64,000 nucleotides of DNA from Candidatus Peregrinibacteria bacterium. GTDB lineage: Bacteria > Patescibacteriota > Gracilibacteria > Peribacterales > Peribacteraceae. Every line of letters starts with the position of its first letter. The first letter of the stretch is position 1. The translations under genes were made by a program, and so were the position numbers. Positions 36,545 to 46,690 of this stretch are shown here, piece by piece. The stretch covers positions 359 through 64,358 of the forward strand of contig JACPXZ010000031.1 in assembly GCA_016196225.1 (NCBI GenBank), read 5' to 3'. The notes below the pieces were generated by a model. It was not told the origin of the DNA. It was given only the letters and a program-made list of their open reading frames with translations, and did not search any database.

Positions 36545-37531
36545 ATGACAAAAAACGTCATTCTGACGTTCGGCTACCACGATCGGGAATCCCCCCGTCA
36601 TCGCAATATTTGCAAAGCATATGCGCAGGAAGGGTTCTCTATCACAGAGTGCCATACCCAAAAAAACGGACTTGTCCCCAAACTGAAAGAACTTGGAGAG
36701 CAGGTAAAAAAACATCACACCAATGCCTGTGCCCTGCTCGTCCCCTTCCCCGGTCATCATCTCACGCCGTTCGCATGGTTCATCGCCAAGCGATACCGAC
36801 TGAAATTAATCGTGGACATGTTCTTTTCGCTTCACGAGATCACCATCGAGGACCGCCGTCGCCACTCCCGATGGCATCCGCAAGCATTCTTCCTTTGGAT
36901 ACTGGATTTTCTCTGCTCTCATCTCCCCGACGAAGTCATTATCGATACCGAGGCTCATAAGAAATTCCTCGTCGATCGTTTTAAAGCGAATCCCAAAAAA
37001 GTCCGGGTCATCTATGTGGGGACCCGCGAAGATCTCTTTAGACCAAAACCACTAAAAGATCACCCTCAATCTATTTTCGAAGTTTTATTTTATGGAACAT
37101 ACATCCCACATCAGGGTATCGAATACATTGTCCAAGCCGCAAAAACTCTTGAGAGCAGTCATTCCAATATCCACTTCACATTCATCGGCAAAGGACAAAC
37201 ATATCCCGCCATCCAGAGAATCGTGCAAGAACTCAATCTTACCAACATCACATTCAAACCATTCCTTCCCCTCGAACAACTTGCACAACATGTTCGGGGT
37301 GCAGATATGTGTCTTGGCGTCTTTGGCACCGCGCCAAAGGTTCAAAACGTCATATCCCACAAAATATTTGATGCCGTTGCATGTAACGTCCCCATTCTTA
37401 CTGCACAGTCCCACGCTATCCGCGAAAAGTTTTCGGAAAAAGACGGTGTGTACTTCTGCAGGGCAGGAAATCCGGAAGCCATAGCGGACGGCATTATCAA
37501 AATCTATACTGCACATCATGCTCAATCCTAA
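36545..37531 (+). CDS. glycosyltransferase (GT4/GT1-like)
   Basis: GT-B C-terminal domain features: FYGTYIPHQGI, GADMCLGVFG...SHKIFDAVACNVPILT. ATG 36545 is chosen to avoid overlap with the divergent gene. Confidence 0.7.
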   Translation: MTKNVILTFGYHDRESPRHRNICKAYAQEGFSITECHTQKNGLVPKLKELGEQVKKHHTNACALLVPFPGHHLTPFAWFIAKRYRLKLIVDMFFSLHEITIEDRRRHSRWHPQAFFLWILDFLCSHLPDEVIIDTEAHKKFLVDRFKANPKKVRVIYVGTREDLFRPKPLKDHPQSIFEVLFYGTYIPHQGIEYIVQAAKTLESSHSNIHFTFIGKGQTYPAIQRIVQELNLTNITFKPFLPLEQLAQHVRGADMCLGVFGTAPKVQNVISHKIFDAVACNVPILTAQSHAIREKFSEKDGVYFCRAGNPEAIADGIIKIYTAHHAQS

Positions 37532-38426
37532 CACCCGGATCCTCATTACCGGCTGCGGCGGTATGCTTGGGGATGCGGTCTATAAGACGTTCAACCCCAT
37601 CTGTACGGTACGAGCAACGGATATCGACCTGAATGAGAAATGGCTTTCTTCTCTTGATGTCCGTGACACAGAAGCGCTCGAAAAATCTATTCAAGAATTT
37701 AAACCACAATATCTCTTTCATCTGGCCGCTCTCACCGATGTCGAATACTGCGAGACGCATCCGGATGAAGCATTTACAACCAACACTATTGCGGTCGACA
37801 ACGCGGCAGAACTCTGCAGAAAATATGATGCCACGATGGTTTATATTTCCACAGCAGGGATCTTTGATGGTCGTCAAGATTCCTACACCGATTACGACCT
37901 TCCTCGACCATTAAGCGTGTATGCGCAGGCAAAATACGCGGGAGAAGTCTTCCTCCAGCAATTCCTTCAACCCCGATACTTCATTTTCCGGGCGGGATGG
38001 ATGATGGGCGGAGGACCAAAAAAGGATAAAAAATTCGTGAACAAAGTCATTAAACAACTCAAAGCCGGAAAAAAGGAACTCTTCGTTGTCGATGACAAGC
38101 TCGGTACCCCCACATACACCAACAATTTTGCGGAGAACATGCGCGCAGTCATTGATGCGGATGCCTACGGTCTCTACAACATGGTCTGCGACGGGAGTTG
38201 CAGTCGTTTGGATGTCTCAAGAGAAATGATCAAAATACTCGGTCTCGAACAAAAAATAAAAATAACCAAAGTGGATTCGAGTCATTGGCAAAAAGAATAT
38301 TTTGCCCCCCGCCCACCTTCCGAGAAGCTCATCGACTGGCGCCTCCATGCCAAAGGTCTCCACCGTATGCGGGATTGGAAAGAGTGTCTGCGGGAATACC
38401 TCACCGAATATGATTGGGGCATCTAA
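37518..38426 (+). CDS. RmlD-like NAD(P)-dependent sugar reductase/epimerase (SDR superfamily)
   Basis: RILITGCGGMLG, FHLAALTDVEYCE, YAQAKYAGE. Confidence 0.8.
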   Translation: MLNPNTRILITGCGGMLGDAVYKTFNPICTVRATDIDLNEKWLSSLDVRDTEALEKSIQEFKPQYLFHLAALTDVEYCETHPDEAFTTNTIAVDNAAELCRKYDATMVYISTAGIFDGRQDSYTDYDLPRPLSVYAQAKYAGEVFLQQFLQPRYFIFRAGWMMGGGPKKDKKFVNKVIKQLKAGKKELFVVDDKLGTPTYTNNFAENMRAVIDADAYGLYNMVCDGSCSRLDVSREMIKILGLEQKIKITKVDSSHWQKEYFAPRPPSEKLIDWRLHAKGLHRMRDWKECLREYLTEYDWGI

Positions 38427-38494
38427 GTGTTCCTTCCTTTGGCCGTCACATCCTTATTGACAAAAGTAAAAATTTTTGTAGCCTCGGGGAACCG

Positions 38495-39355
38495 ATGAAT
38501 GAAACGCACAGGAATACATGGGAACACCAAACGAGCCTTTCAGGGGCATCTCTTCAACATATCAACGCCAAAAACTTTTATATGACTTCCGCATTTGCGG
38601 GACTCTATGACCACCCAAGCCCATTCCCCTTCCTCGAAAAAAGAATAGTAGGTACACTGCCTCTTCGTGATATCTTCCCTATGCTCATGGCGAAGAGAAG
38701 ATACAGGAAGAGATTGAGTTGGATGATGGAGTTTGATAGATTTGATTCCCTTATTCCCTATCTTCCAGATTACGAAAAAACAAAGAAATTTTGTCCTCTT
38801 TACGGGGAGTGGAAGGGAAAGAAAATGAACGGGAATTTTCTTAAAGCGGCAGATGAACTAGAGGTGATAGAGCGGTATGTTCCTCGTCTAAATTACGTTG
38901 TTGAAATAGGCGGGGGATTCGGTGCAATGGCAGAAGTGGTTATTAAGAAACGCCATCCCGTAGTGTACTGCATTATTGATCTACCAGAGACATTGAAAGT
39001 TGCAGAGATTTACCTAAAATCCGTATTTCCAGAAAGGCATGAGACAAGCATTATTCTCATAGAAGCGGGCAATTATGATAAGGCTAAAGAGCTTGTGCAA
39101 CATCCTGATCTCTTCATAAACTCCAATTCATTCGCAGAAATGAATATAGAAACGGTAAAGAATTACTTTAAGTTTATAGAATCCTTTGATGATGTTTATT
39201 TAAGTAATACGAACAGGGACAGAATGGAACAAGGACATCACTATGCGGGTGTTGAAACATATCCCTATGGTGATCGTTGGGAACATTTATGTAATAGCAA
39301 AAAAGTATTTTCCTATTGGAGAAAGCACTCTCAAATGATTTCCCATTTGCCATGA
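38495..39355 (+). CDS. putative sugar O-methyltransferase-like protein
   Basis: VVEIGGGFGAMAEV and CIIDLPE resemble the SAM-binding motif of the putative sugar O-methyltransferase family. ATG 38495 follows GGGGA. The gene is markedly AT-rich. Confidence 0.55.
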   Translation: MNETHRNTWEHQTSLSGASLQHINAKNFYMTSAFAGLYDHPSPFPFLEKRIVGTLPLRDIFPMLMAKRRYRKRLSWMMEFDRFDSLIPYLPDYEKTKKFCPLYGEWKGKKMNGNFLKAADELEVIERYVPRLNYVVEIGGGFGAMAEVVIKKRHPVVYCIIDLPETLKVAEIYLKSVFPERHETSIILIEAGNYDKAKELVQHPDLFINSNSFAEMNIETVKNYFKFIESFDDVYLSNTNRDRMEQGHHYAGVETYPYGDRWEHLCNSKKVFSYWRKHSQMISHLP

Positions 39356-39364
39356 AACTTGAAT

Positions 39365-39475
39365 TCAGAATACGTTATAAATAAATATCTCTGCTCCGTC
39401 TGTTGTAAACAACAAAGTTACCACCACAAGTATCGCCAGAAGAAAGCCCAAGACAATATTTTTTATCCTAAACAT
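39365..39475 (-). CDS. possible 36-aa hydrophobic micro-protein
   Basis: MFRIKNIVLGFLLAILVVVTLLFTTDGAEIFIYNVF. Its ATG overlaps the MBOAT stop (ATGTTTAG). There is no other support. Confidence 0.25.
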   Translation of the reverse strand: MFRIKNIVLGFLLAILVVVTLLFTTDGAEIFIYNVF

Positions 39476-40610
39476 AGGGAAGTATTTTATAAAAAATAAT
39501 CAACGAATCTCCCAAAGAATCTGTGACGAACAACGCCCATCCGATGGTCACAAAATGGAAGGTGATGATCACTCCCAAGACATACATAAACCAATTTGAT
39601 GGCATAGAGCGACCAATCGTCAGCCTCCACCACCGATTGACCATTAACCCCACCCCATGCCACAAACCCCACACTGCAAAATTGAGGGAGGAGCCATGCC
39701 AAATCCCTATCACAAACATTGCAATAAGAAGATGCAAAGCGGTTCGCCATTCCCCGTGCCTATTCCCCCCCAGAGGGATATACAGATAATCCCGCACCCA
39801 ATTACTCAAACTCATATGCCAACTCCGCCAAAAGAGCGAAATATTCGGCCGGAGGTAGGGGTAATTAAAATTACGCGGGACAAGGACGCCAAAAAGCAAC
39901 GCAGATCCCATGGCAATATTGGTCAGTCCCCCAAAATCCGCATAGATCCGGATCGAGTACGCATAGAGACGTGCAAGAACTTCCAAAGCGCTTAGCACCG
40001 TCGGATCCTGCAATCCTTGTGTGAATGGAACCAAAGGGTCCGCAATAATAATTTTCTGGGCGTATCCAAGCACCAGAAGAGTAACCCCATACAACAGGTA
40101 TTCCGGCTTAAAACGTATATCTTTTAACTGCGATGTAAACGCCGGGAACCGCCGGATGGGTCCGGAGACTCTCGTCGGGAAGAATAACAGGAATGCCAAA
40201 AAATCATCCGGCTTTGGATTCCTAATATTCCCCCGATATATCTCAACCAGATAATGAATCAACTCAAACGTGTAGAACGAAATCCCTAACGGCAACATGA
40301 GATCCCAACCCCCCGCGTGCAGAAGTTCCGTAACAGCTCCCGCGTACTTAAAGAATGTCAGTACCAGCGCAAGCAGACACACACCGAAGAGAAGCTTCCA
40401 GCGCTCCCGATCGCGTTCTATGAGAAGACCAACCGAGTATGACGCTCCTCCGAGCCCCCCAAGTAATAACAAGTACGGTAACCCCGCATACGCATAGAAG
40501 AGTCCCCCAAACGCAATCAGGGCAAATACGCGATGACGCTCTGGTATGACCCAATATAGACAAACCGTTCCCGCCAAAAAAACAAGATAGAGGGTCGAAT
40601 TAAATGGCAT
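39468..40610 (-). CDS. MBOAT family O-acyltransferase (AlgI/PatA/DltB-like)
   Basis: MPFNSTLYLVF start, SFYTFE, and WRSWHMSLSNWVRDYLYIPLGGNRHG with the conserved His. ATG 40610 is preferred to TTG 40631. Confidence 0.85.
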   Translation of the reverse strand: MPFNSTLYLVFLAGTVCLYWVIPERHRVFALIAFGGLFYAYAGLPYLLLLGGLGGASYSVGLLIERDRERWKLLFGVCLLALVLTFFKYAGAVTELLHAGGWDLMLPLGISFYTFELIHYLVEIYRGNIRNPKPDDFLAFLLFFPTRVSGPIRRFPAFTSQLKDIRFKPEYLLYGVTLLVLGYAQKIIIADPLVPFTQGLQDPTVLSALEVLARLYAYSIRIYADFGGLTNIAMGSALLFGVLVPRNFNYPYLRPNISLFWRSWHMSLSNWVRDYLYIPLGGNRHGEWRTALHLLIAMFVIGIWHGSSLNFAVWGLWHGVGLMVNRWWRLTIGRSMPSNWFMYVLGVIITFHFVTIGWALFVTDSLGDSLIIFYKILPYV

Positions 40611-41682
40611 CGGATGTACGTAAAAATTCAAAGACCTTCTCCGCCACTTTGCCGTGACCCTCCGGTGTCATGTGCACAGAATCGAGATAAAGATCCGAAC
40701 CGATGGTCTTATAAAGAGATAACACACGTTCGGAATGGATCGATGCTTTTAGCGAAACGATATTACGATCCTGAAACGCATTCTTTTCAAAGCGGTTGTC
40801 ATTGAGAATGACATAAAGAACATTGGGGTACTCTTTGAGAATACTCGTAACGTCCGCGAGTAATCGCATCATCCGGGATTGTCTAAAATCCTGCGTCTGA
40901 CGAAGGGTGGTGATACCCTCACCAACACTCATCGGTCGCCGTTCGAGCAACTGCGTCAGACGAACATTGAATAATCGATGGAGGATCGCATCCACCGCAA
41001 TAGAAGGCGGTAATCCGATACTCCATTTTGTTATGTTGTCACGATGGCGGTAAACAGGAACAACCGGAGTGAACAGGCGAGAAACCACTGAACGGAAATT
41101 GAATAGCGGAATATCCAGATCGCAACACTCCCCAAACCGACCTCGTTCTTTCGCCAGAGCAAAGGAAACAGTCTCTTTAAAACGTACCGATTCGTCAAAC
41201 GTACGATTGGCGTACTCCTCGTCAAAAAGCATCGGATTGATAAAAAATACATAGATATCATTCGGACGATATCCTTCGCGAACTTGCGCGGCCATATCAA
41301 GAAATGAATTACCGGGAACGGCCAGATTCACGATGCGAATATCTTCTTGATCCTTGAGTAATGTACCCAGTTGTCCCGCCAGTGTTTCCTTCGGATCATT
41401 CACCCCCACTCCCCATACGATGCTATCCCCCAAAAGCACAAGATGCCGTTTACTGTTTTCGTTCTTTATTTTACCAATAACACTCTGAAGTTCATTGACG
41501 CTCGGTTGCATCAGGAGCCGATCAAACCCAACCCAATCAAAAAAATGCCGATCGAACACAAACCATACCGCAATATTGAACACCACGAACCAGAGGAAAC
41601 CCCACATCACAACCCAAAGTACACTACAGGGTTTCCGTGTAATACGAATATAGGCCTCGTCATGAATCATGACCCTCATCAT
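40600..41682 (-). CDS. SGNH-like hydrolase/acyltransferase partner of MBOAT (AlgJ/PatB-like role inferred)
   Basis: N-terminal TM helix, VLLGDSIVWGVG and DSVHMTPEGHGKVA. It overlaps the MBOAT start by 11 nt. Confidence 0.65.
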   Translation of the reverse strand: MMRVMIHDEAYIRITRKPCSVLWVVMWGFLWFVVFNIAVWFVFDRHFFDWVGFDRLLMQPSVNELQSVIGKIKNENSKRHLVLLGDSIVWGVGVNDPKETLAGQLGTLLKDQEDIRIVNLAVPGNSFLDMAAQVREGYRPNDIYVFFINPMLFDEEYANRTFDESVRFKETVSFALAKERGRFGECCDLDIPLFNFRSVVSRLFTPVVPVYRHRDNITKWSIGLPPSIAVDAILHRLFNVRLTQLLERRPMSVGEGITTLRQTQDFRQSRMMRLLADVTSILKEYPNVLYVILNDNRFEKNAFQDRNIVSLKASIHSERVLSLYKTIGSDLYLDSVHMTPEGHGKVAEKVFEFLRTSDAI

Positions 41683-41683
41683 A

Positions 41684-43147
41684 TCAATAACTTACTCCAC
41701 TGAACTCATATGACCGCATACTCTTCCCACGAACCGGCTCATCGGCAAGTCTCTTGCCAAGCTCAAGCCCCATCTCAATAGAATTATCCGAATTGTTGTA
41801 GCGGAAAACCCCCGTACGGCCGATGCAATACACCCCCTCAAAACTCTCAATAAACTGTAAAATGGAATCGAGCTTTGGACGGTATTCCAGATCATAGACG
41901 GGATACGCATGGGGAATCCGTACTGCCTTAAAATCGAATACTTCTTTGCTGGTGCAAAGCCCCAACATCTCACAATCCTGCTTACATTTTTCTATTAAAT
42001 CCTTCTCACTCATGCCCCAAAAATGCCTGTTCTCCGGCGTGACCGTAATATCGAGACAAAGGCTTGTTTTGTTGGGCGGGGCCATATCGGACGACCAATT
42101 TTTAAATTCGACGGCGCGATTAAACGCAATATCCTTATCGGGGAAGTACAACCACGTGTCGTTACTGATACGTTCTTTATCGACAAAAAGAAACACAAAA
42201 ATGATGTCCATATAGCGTAGCTGCCGGAGATTCTCTGTTACTTGAGCAGGTACCGGTTCTTCCAAGAGTGCTGTATACGCGTGCAGAGGAATCGTAGAAA
42301 TCAAGCCATGGTTCGCCGTTGCTCGCTGCGTCATACCGTCCTGTTCAAAGATAACTGTTCTGGTTTTTGCACTGATGGAAGACACGTTTACTCCCGTATG
42401 GATAATGCCACCGTGTTTCTGTACTTCCTCCGCAAAGCGATCGGGCATTGCCTGTATTCCACCGTGGATCGGATAATAAAAAAGGCCGCTATCCGGTAAA
42501 AACTCCTCGTCCTCGAGAGAAAAGGAACTGAAATTCAGCGTACATATTTTTTTAAGAACCGTCCGTATCAACTTAGGGATATCCGGCCCTTTAAACCTTT
42601 GGTTCGCCCAATCTGCGGAGAGGTATTGAGGATCCATCCCCCAGATCTTGCGCGTGTAGGGATAACACATGAATTTGTAGAATCGTTTCCCAAAAAAATA
42701 CTCAAACCAATCCGCATAGCTCTTAATCTCGCGTTTATTAAAACCACGGATGAGCGTATTCCATGCAAAATCAAATGCGCACCGTACGGCTTCGATTTTT
42801 GGCATGGCACGAAGAAGATTTTGCATCTCGAATGGATACTTGAGATACTTGTTAAAAAGATAAATGCGACTCTTCTGTCGATGCTCTACGAAATTCGGAC
42901 CCATCAGGTCTCGCATCTCCTGCATCACTCCCGGATTCGCACTGTGAAAGCGATGCGCACAATAATCGAACAGAAACCCGTTGATGTTCAATGTCTTGGC
43001 AAGACCACCGATCCGTTTATCCTTTTCCAGCATCAAAACACTCTTTCCGGCTTTGCAAAGCCGATACCCAGCGGCAAGTCCTGCCACCCCACCGCCAAGC
43101 ACAATAAAGTCATATTCTCGCTGCGCCATGACCCTATCATACCCCAT
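41684..43147 (-). CDS. FAD-dependent oxidoreductase (amine oxidase / UDP-galactopyranose mutase-like fold)
   Basis: The dinucleotide-binding motif is YDFIVLGGGVAGLAAG...MLEKDKRIGG. The start is ATG 43147 or 43129. Confidence 0.8.
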   Translation of the reverse strand: MGYDRVMAQREYDFIVLGGGVAGLAAGYRLCKAGKSVLMLEKDKRIGGLAKTLNINGFLFDYCAHRFHSANPGVMQEMRDLMGPNFVEHRQKSRIYLFNKYLKYPFEMQNLLRAMPKIEAVRCAFDFAWNTLIRGFNKREIKSYADWFEYFFGKRFYKFMCYPYTRKIWGMDPQYLSADWANQRFKGPDIPKLIRTVLKKICTLNFSSFSLEDEEFLPDSGLFYYPIHGGIQAMPDRFAEEVQKHGGIIHTGVNVSSISAKTRTVIFEQDGMTQRATANHGLISTIPLHAYTALLEEPVPAQVTENLRQLRYMDIIFVFLFVDKERISNDTWLYFPDKDIAFNRAVEFKNWSSDMAPPNKTSLCLDITVTPENRHFWGMSEKDLIEKCKQDCEMLGLCTSKEVFDFKAVRIPHAYPVYDLEYRPKLDSILQFIESFEGVYCIGRTGVFRYNNSDNSIEMGLELGKRLADEPVRGKSMRSYEFSGVSY

Positions 43148-43159
43148 AAAGAGCAGGGA

Positions 43160-44830
43160 TTAGAGCAAAACCTTCCACAAACTCCAACCTGCGTTCTCTG
43201 AGCGGAGCTTGTCCTGAGCGCTGTCGAAGGAGCCGGCAGGCCATCCCTCCTCCGTTTTAACCTTTTCGATGCGAACCTTCTTAAGTTTGGTTAGATTCCA
43301 CGCAGGATTGATCTTCTCATTCCAAAACAAATAATCCACTCCGTACTTCTTCAAAAAACCGTTCGGATCCTTATCCATGCGATTACATGCGTCTTTTACC
43401 ATCTGTACTTCCCTATCCCGTACATCTTGCGATCTTTGTCGCTGCTCAAAATAGAGTAAATGCGTGCTATCCTCAATGTACCGTTCGTTGGGAAGGATCG
43501 GCAAGAGCGTAAGACAATACCGCTCGGCAAATTCTTCGTCATTGATGAGAACATTTTTAAGATAAATGGAATACACCGTGTCATGATGCGTGTGCCCCGC
43601 AATGAAAAGTGACGTTGGTTGATCAGAAAGGATCCGCACTCGTGGCATTGCATCTAGAACCGGAAGGGCAGATGCAAGATGTTGCTCATAAAAATGATCG
43701 TCCTCCAGAATAAATTGTTTGATGATATGCCGACCGTCGTACGCGATCCCGGCCAAAAATACCAATGCGCATGCCCCGCTGAGGAGCGTCCACCGGTTGC
43801 GCACGGTAAGAGCAAGAACCAAACAGACGACCCCGCCAAAAATCAGTGAAATAAGGTAGTGTGAACTAAAAAACAAGATCACCCCGTGGATCACTTGTTG
43901 GTTAAGAACGATAAACGCCGCAAGGACGGTGATGATCGCAAGCCGATAGCGGTATAAGCGTTTCGGATACAGTACCCACGCCCCGAGGACTCCGCCCGCC
44001 ATTCCCAAAAAGAGCGTGCTCCGTATCCACGATTGAGGAGCGCGCGAAAAGAGAATGCCGCTCCGATACTGCGCCTCCGCGTAAAGCGGATGTCCGCTCA
44101 TAGCAACGAGCTCTGTAACAAACGGGAGCGCGATCAATCCGCCAATGAGTCCCATCAAAAGAATACTCCCGACCTCTTTGCGGTACCCATGGCGTATGGA
44201 TGTCATGAGTTCATAGAGCAGGAGCAAGCCCCACCATGCCCACACAAACGTCCAGCTCCAAAAATATACCCCGACGAGCAACCCCATGAGTACACCGCCG
44301 ATCAATCCCCACGTCACATGCCCCTGAACCCCTCGTATCACTCCCAAGAGTGCCGCAAGCTCAAGAAGAAAACTCGTTCGTTGATGAACCGGACGATTCA
44401 GATTGTATAGATTGAGTACCGTAAAAAGGATGGCCCCACCAAAAGCCTGCGACTGTGTAAAGCCACAGAGGAGTAAAAACCACCATATACCAACAAAGAT
44501 AATCGGCGGGATAACGGCGTCCATGAGTTGAAAAACGGTGGATGCGCGCCATCCGGTCCAACTAAAAAATATCCCCTCGATTTTTTCAATCAGCGCAGAT
44601 TGCATCGGGACCAGAGACGGATCTCCCACGACCGCCTCGGGAGCCATTTCCGGTCGACCGGAGAGCGCCTCCTGAACACGCGGAAGATAATTATATTCAT
44701 CAGAGCTTAAGTGCACGGGGATCCCCCGATAGCGGGTATCTGCCATGTGCATCCACTCCGGGAGTTGTATGAGAAGAATTAAACTCACACAACTAACGCC
44801 GATGATGGAGGACCAGCGAGTGGTAGCCAT
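43160..44830 (-). CDS. polytopic membrane protein, GT-C-like
   Basis: N-terminal anchor, loop motif SSDEYNY (DExxY-like), more than 10 hydrophobic spans and a soluble C-terminal domain. The last ~25 residues are encoded by repeat DNA. Confidence 0.6.
   Translation of the reverse strand: MATTRWSSIIGVSCVSLILLIQLPEWMHMADTRYRGIPVHLSSDEYNYLPRVQEALSGRPEMAPEAVVGDPSLVPMQSALIEKIEGIFFSWTGWRASTVFQLMDAVIPPIIFVGIWWFLLLCGFTQSQAFGGAILFTVLNLYNLNRPVHQRTSFLLELAALLGVIRGVQGHVTWGLIGGVLMGLLVGVYFWSWTFVWAWWGLLLLYELMTSIRHGYRKEVGSILLMGLIGGLIALPFVTELVAMSGHPLYAEAQYRSGILFSRAPQSWIRSTLFLGMAGGVLGAWVLYPKRLYRYRLAIITVLAAFIVLNQQVIHGVILFFSSHYLISLIFGGVVCLVLALTVRNRWTLLSGACALVFLAGIAYDGRHIIKQFILEDDHFYEQHLASALPVLDAMPRVRILSDQPTSLFIAGHTHHDTVYSIYLKNVLINDEEFAERYCLTLLPILPNERYIEDSTHLLYFEQRQRSQDVRDREVQMVKDACNRMDKDPNGFLKKYGVDYLFWNEKINPAWNLTKLKKVRIEKVKTEEGWPAGSFDSAQDKLRSENAGWSLWKVLL
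43191..43240. repeat. repeat DNA forming the C-terminal tail of the membrane protein
   Basis: gcgttctctgagcggagcttgtcctgagcgctgtcgaaggagccggc is read on the minus strand as GSFDSAQDKLRSENA. It is the same gtcctgagcg...cgaagga type as 49247-49280. Confidence 0.6.
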
Positions 44831-44831
44831 C

Positions 44832-45878
44832 TTGGGGTACTATAGAGGAGTGGCACGCAACTACTACCAGCTTTTGCCGTATACATTCAAACGTTTCAGT
44901 ATTTTGGCAAGTATTCGTACCGGCTTCCCCACCCTGAAATACTACCTCACCCGTACTCCGCTCCCCTCAAGTCCAAAACCAGCGCTGTTCACCATGAACA
45001 TCCTCCCACCCATGATGACCGTGTGGTATCACTTTGTCCGCAAATATCTCGGGGACAAGGTTGATACCGTCATCTTCGATTGTTCTGGCCGACTTAATCC
45101 AGCTGACTTTCCCCATGCACGAGTACAAAAATTCCTTAATTTTTACGCCGCGACAAAGTCGGATGAATTTTTATATCATATCGCCAAATACAGAAAAACA
45201 GGATGGATCTGCGACGATGATATGTTCCCTTTAAGTCCCCGTATTCTTGACATCCTGGAACGTGAATTTTCTATTCCCGATACCGCTTCCGTCAGTTTTC
45301 GTCCGCGCGATTGGTGGCATTTTGAAATCAACGGCAAGCAGTACGAACCAAGTAGTAGTTACTGCACAGCTATTAATAGAGAAATCTATATTGATAAAGA
45401 ACATCTATCTCTCTCTCCTTGCGATGGGAATACTCACCCCTCTCGCATCGGGCAAGAGAATCGTCGGTATGATACGTTTGATAAAGCGAACGAAATTCTC
45501 CTCCAAAAAGGATATCGCTGTGCAATCGTACCAAAACAGGAACGCGATGGGTGCGTCACCGGTTTTACCGGCATGGCAGGCGCAGTGATGCTTCTCTCGT
45601 ACTTTAAAAATCCCGACCAAACGCTCGCCTACTTCCTCGATCCTCCTAAATCACAATGGCAGGGAAACATGCTCTTTGGCGTGCTTGCTTCCATGCTCTC
45701 GGTCTGCACGATCCAGGAGCTCTACCAAAAACTGACAGGAAAGCGGTATCTTATGCCTTCTCTTCCAAAAAGATCCGATCTCGAAAAGCTCCGATCCGAT
45801 CATAAAAAATACATTCGTTCGGATTTATCCTTTGATAGAGTGAATGAAACGAGTCAACGACTATGGTCGGCGCTCTGA
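44832..45878 (+). CDS. hypothetical protein (possible nucleotide-sugar transferase fold)
   Basis: ORF 44745-45878. The start must lie after the divergent gene start at 44830, so TTG 44832 or ATG 44994. VIFDCSG and WICDDDMFP hint at a GT-A-like DxD motif. Confidence 0.5.
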   Translation: MGYYRGVARNYYQLLPYTFKRFSILASIRTGFPTLKYYLTRTPLPSSPKPALFTMNILPPMMTVWYHFVRKYLGDKVDTVIFDCSGRLNPADFPHARVQKFLNFYAATKSDEFLYHIAKYRKTGWICDDDMFPLSPRILDILEREFSIPDTASVSFRPRDWWHFEINGKQYEPSSSYCTAINREIYIDKEHLSLSPCDGNTHPSRIGQENRRYDTFDKANEILLQKGYRCAIVPKQERDGCVTGFTGMAGAVMLLSYFKNPDQTLAYFLDPPKSQWQGNMLFGVLASMLSVCTIQELYQKLTGKRYLMPSLPKRSDLEKLRSDHKKYIRSDLSFDRVNETSQRLWSAL

Positions 45879-45883
45879 TCTCT

Positions 45884-46690
45884 TCAAGACTTTTTTTTGA
45901 ACACTAATGGACATGTGTACCACAGGATCGCCCACGCGTACCAAAAATACAAAAATTCATACCGGAGTGGCAGGCAGTCCCTCCACCGATGCAGCAGCCG
46001 ATCCCGAATGATCCGAAAAAAACGGACCGCCAGTCTTAAATTCTTATCGAAAACAAGCCAAAACCAATTCATCCACCCTTCCCCTCCCACAAGCTTGGCC
46101 TCGAGCGGAAGGTACCGTCTGAACTTCTGTTTGAGATCAGGAAGTGGAGTTAACGGAACATATTGAATGCCCGGAAGAATTTTAACGCTGATTCCCGGCC
46201 GCAGCTCCGGACGTTCATGAACAATCTTAATGAATTTGGTAATCGCATCTTTATGGAAAAACCGGATCTGACGGTTGGGATATGTCGACGCATACTTGAT
46301 GACATGTCCACGATACGTATAGAGCCGATTCACATCGTATGCACCGGGAGACTCCTCCTCTACAATGCGTTCCATTACCTTGATACTCTCTTTATCAAGA
46401 TACTCATCGCTGTCCGTGATCATGACCCATGGATACGTCGCCTCTTTGATCCCCTGATTTCTGATATTGCCGTAATCCATGATCCGTCCTTCCGTATTCA
46501 AAAAATTCCTGTCCTGCGGTACGACACGGCAACCGTACTTTTCGGCTAAGGAGACAGTTCCGTCTACCGAACCTCCGTCCAGAATGACATGCTCCGCGCA
46601 AAAAAGTCCCGACCGAAGACACGCTTCCAGTGTTCCCGCATTATCGCGGGTAAGGGTCAGAGCCGTACAGGGACAAATACCGCGATTCAT
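45884..46690 (-). CDS. GT2 family glycosyltransferase
   Basis: LTLTRDNAGTLEACL, ILDGGSVDGT, ITDSDEY. Confidence 0.85.
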   Translation of the reverse strand: MNRGICPCTALTLTRDNAGTLEACLRSGLFCAEHVILDGGSVDGTVSLAEKYGCRVVPQDRNFLNTEGRIMDYGNIRNQGIKEATYPWVMITDSDEYLDKESIKVMERIVEEESPGAYDVNRLYTYRGHVIKYASTYPNRQIRFFHKDAITKFIKIVHERPELRPGISVKILPGIQYVPLTPLPDLKQKFRRYLPLEAKLVGGEGWMNWFWLVFDKNLRLAVRFFRIIRDRLLHRWRDCLPLRYEFLYFWYAWAILWYTCPLVFKKKS

